NCBI GenBank assembly: GCA_963766685.1
Contig: CAVYBJ010000024.1
Span: 101,844-165,843, forward strand
Origin: an uncultured Chloroflexia bacterium
GTDB lineage: Bacteria > Chloroflexota > Limnocylindria > Limnocylindrales > CSP1-4
Direction: 5' to 3'
DNA: 64,000 nucleotides
The notes beneath the pieces were generated by a model that made no database searches, was not told where the DNA came from, and was given only the letters and a program-made list of their open reading frames with translations. Position 1 is the first letter of the stretch; each line of letters starts with the position of its first letter. This document shows positions 62,497 to 64,000 of the stretch, piece by piece. A program made the position numbers and the translations under genes.

Positions 62497-63550
62497 CCCG
62501 CGGCGCCCAGGACCGCGGCCAGCAGGGCCATGCGCACGTACATGCCGTTCTGCATCTGGTGGAAGTAGACGCTGCGGGGGTCGTCGTCGAGGATGGCGTG
62601 GTCGGCCTCCGTGCCCATCTCGTGCTTGCGCGGCAGCGGGTGCATGAGGATGGCGTCGTCGGGCGCGGCGGCCAGGACCTCCAGGGGTCATGATGAAGCG
62701 CGAGGCGATGGCCTCGTACTCGTCCGGGTCGGTGAAGCGCTCCTGCTGGACCCGCGTCCAGTAGATGACGTCGCTGCGGCCGATGACCTCGTCAAGCGAG
62801 TCGTGCTCGTTGACCTCGACGCCGCGCGAGCGGGCGAACTCGATGACCGAGGCCGGCGCGCGCAGGATGGTCGGGCGACACGAGTTCGAGGCGAAGGTCG
62901 GCTGCCCCGTAGATGGCCAGGAGCTTGGACAGCGAATGGACAGTGCGGCCGTTGACCAGGTCGCCCACCAGGGTGACCGTCAGACCGTCGGCGCGGCGCT
63001 TGAAGTCCATGATGGTGAAGAGGTCCAGGAGGGCCTGGGTGGGGTGCTCACCGATGCCGTCACCGCCGCTGATGACGACGGGGTGCGTGCCGAGGCGCGT
63101 GGCCAGCTGGTCGAGCGCCCGGGCAGCCTCGTAGGAGGAGCGCACCTCGGGATGGCGCAGGACCACGACATCCGCGTAGGCGCCCACCGCGCGGACGGTG
63201 TCGGCCAGGTTCTCACCCTTGTAGACGGAGGAGAAGTGCACGCCTCCGCTGGTGGCGATGACCTCGCCGCCGAGGCGCTGCATGGCCGCCTGGAAGGACA
63301 TGTCCGTCCGGGTGCTGGCCTCGTAGAAGAGCGTGGCCATGATCTTGCGCTGGCAGAGCGCCAGGACGGACTTGTCACCATCTCGGACGCGCGAGCGGAG
63401 CGAGGCCGCCAGGTCGAAGAGGCGGTCGAGATCGGGCCGAGCGAACTGCTCGACCGACACGATGTGCCGGCCCGTGAAGTCACCGCCGATGGGCCGGGGG
63501 ACGTAGTCCCGGGCTGCGGCAGGCACGGGGACATCCGGGTCGCTGGACAT
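62493..63550 (-). pseudogene. pyrB: aspartate carbamoyltransferase catalytic chain (two breaks near 62870 and 62680)
   Basis: Contains FYEASTRTDMSF, GEHPTQALLDL, GDLVNGRTVHS, VIYWTRVQQERF and LMHPLPR. It is the first gene of the pyrBCDEF string. Confidence 0.9.
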
Positions 63551-63633
63551 GACGCTCCTCCCGAGGGCACGGACGGGTGGGTTGTGGACGGCCAGGGCGA
63601 GTGTAGCCCGTGGTGACAGGACGCACCACCCGT

Positions 63634-63714
63634 GCGGCGGATCCGCGATGTCCGGGTGGCCGCGGCGGATCCGCGATGTCCTTGTGGCGGCGGCGGACTC
63701 GCGACTCCGAGTGG
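63634..63714. repeat. three tandem ~28-bp repeats, each centred on a GCGGATCCGC-type palindrome, upstream of pyrB
   Basis: GCGGCGGATCCGCGATGTCC(GG/TT)GTGGC occurs twice, followed by a degenerate third copy GCGGCGGACTCGCGACTCCGAGTGGC. Confidence 0.65.
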
Positions 63715-63754
63715 CGGATCGGAGCGTGGCGCGCCCGACCCACGGGCGGACGTC

Positions 63755-64000
63755 AGACGCGCATGATCCGTGCCAGCTCCGGGTAGAGGGTGGCCGAGGT
63801 GGCCACGATGGGGCCGCCCGTCCAGAGCGCGTCGCCGGCCAGGAAGTCGTTGACACGCCCGCCGGCTGCCTCCACGAGCGCCACGCCGGCCAGGCCGTCC
63901 CACGAGTTGAGGTGCGCCTCCAGGTAGCCGATGAGACGACCGGCGGCGACATAGGCCAGCGAAAGGGCGCCCGACCCCTCGCGGTAGTAGACGACGCCCC
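63755..64000 (-). CDS. inositol monophosphatase-family protein, C-terminal part (gene continues beyond the window)
   Basis: The minus frame reads ..LSLAYVAAGRLIGYLEAHLNSWDGLAGVALVEAAGGRVNDFLAGDALWTGGPIVATSATLYPELARIMRV-stop. The WDxxAG..EAGG signature is present. Confidence 0.7.

Noticed and set aside
58795-63550. The whole pyrBCDEF operon being genuinely pseudogenised
   Set aside because: There are only frame shifts and no nonsense codons. All catalytic motifs are intact, and loss of de novo pyrimidine synthesis together with nifJ, the thiolase, the transketolase and others would be biologically implausible. Assembly error is the better explanation.

Overview
Very GC-rich (about 70% by eye) bacterial chromosomal segment with roughly 55 protein genes and one tRNA. 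I recognised no rRNA, CRISPR array, transposase or integrase.

Gene content, left to right:
- 0-13 kb: a sugar/polyol utilisation cluster. It holds an FGGY kinase, a split transketolase, a SorC regulator, a DUF2291 lipoprotein and a CUT2 ABC transporter.
- 13.2 kb: tRNA-Ile with anticodon TAT.
- 13-19 kb: a class V aminotransferase-like gene, an ATP-dependent DNA ligase, a GNAT gene and pdxH.
- 18.6-23.3 kb: nifJ (pyruvate:ferredoxin oxidoreductase) translationally coupled to a dihydroorotate-dehydrogenase-like flavoprotein.
- 23-31 kb: envelope and housekeeping genes, including erpA, a thiolase, a truncated 3-hydroxyacyl-CoA dehydrogenase and an alpha/beta hydrolase.
- 31.3-33.6 kb: a GH36 alpha-galactosidase.
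- 34.6-40.9 kb: a degenerate orphan sensor kinase, followed by a secreted PAP2/haloperoxidase-like protein, an FG-GAP/ASPIC protein and an M24 peptidase.
- 41-44.4 kb: a xylFH-type transporter.
- 44.4-50.4 kb: an EamA transporter, a methyltransferase, an ABC exporter and a large M23-like secreted protein.
- 50.6-58.5 kb: a fused 2Fe-2S/molybdopterin hydroxylase, divergent from an operon of two fold-type-II PLP enzymes and two transcarbamylase paralogues.
- 58.8-63.6 kb: a tightly coupled pyrB-pyrC-pyrD-pyrE-pyrF operon.

As assembled, about 40 genes are broken by +/-1-type frame shifts. I label these pseudogene and give full reconstructed spans. The pattern argues for assembly indel errors rather than decay: there are no in-frame stops, conservation continues across every break, and essential genes are hit. 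Gene ends were anchored on the frequent ATGA/GTGA start-stop overlaps.

The best candidate for an undescribed system is the PLP-PLP-transcarbamylase-transcarbamylase operon at 53.5-58.5 kb. Its ATCase paralogue has lost the aspartate-binding residues that the genuine pyrB 5 kb away retains.

All family calls rest on motif recognition by eye and memory. No searches were run.
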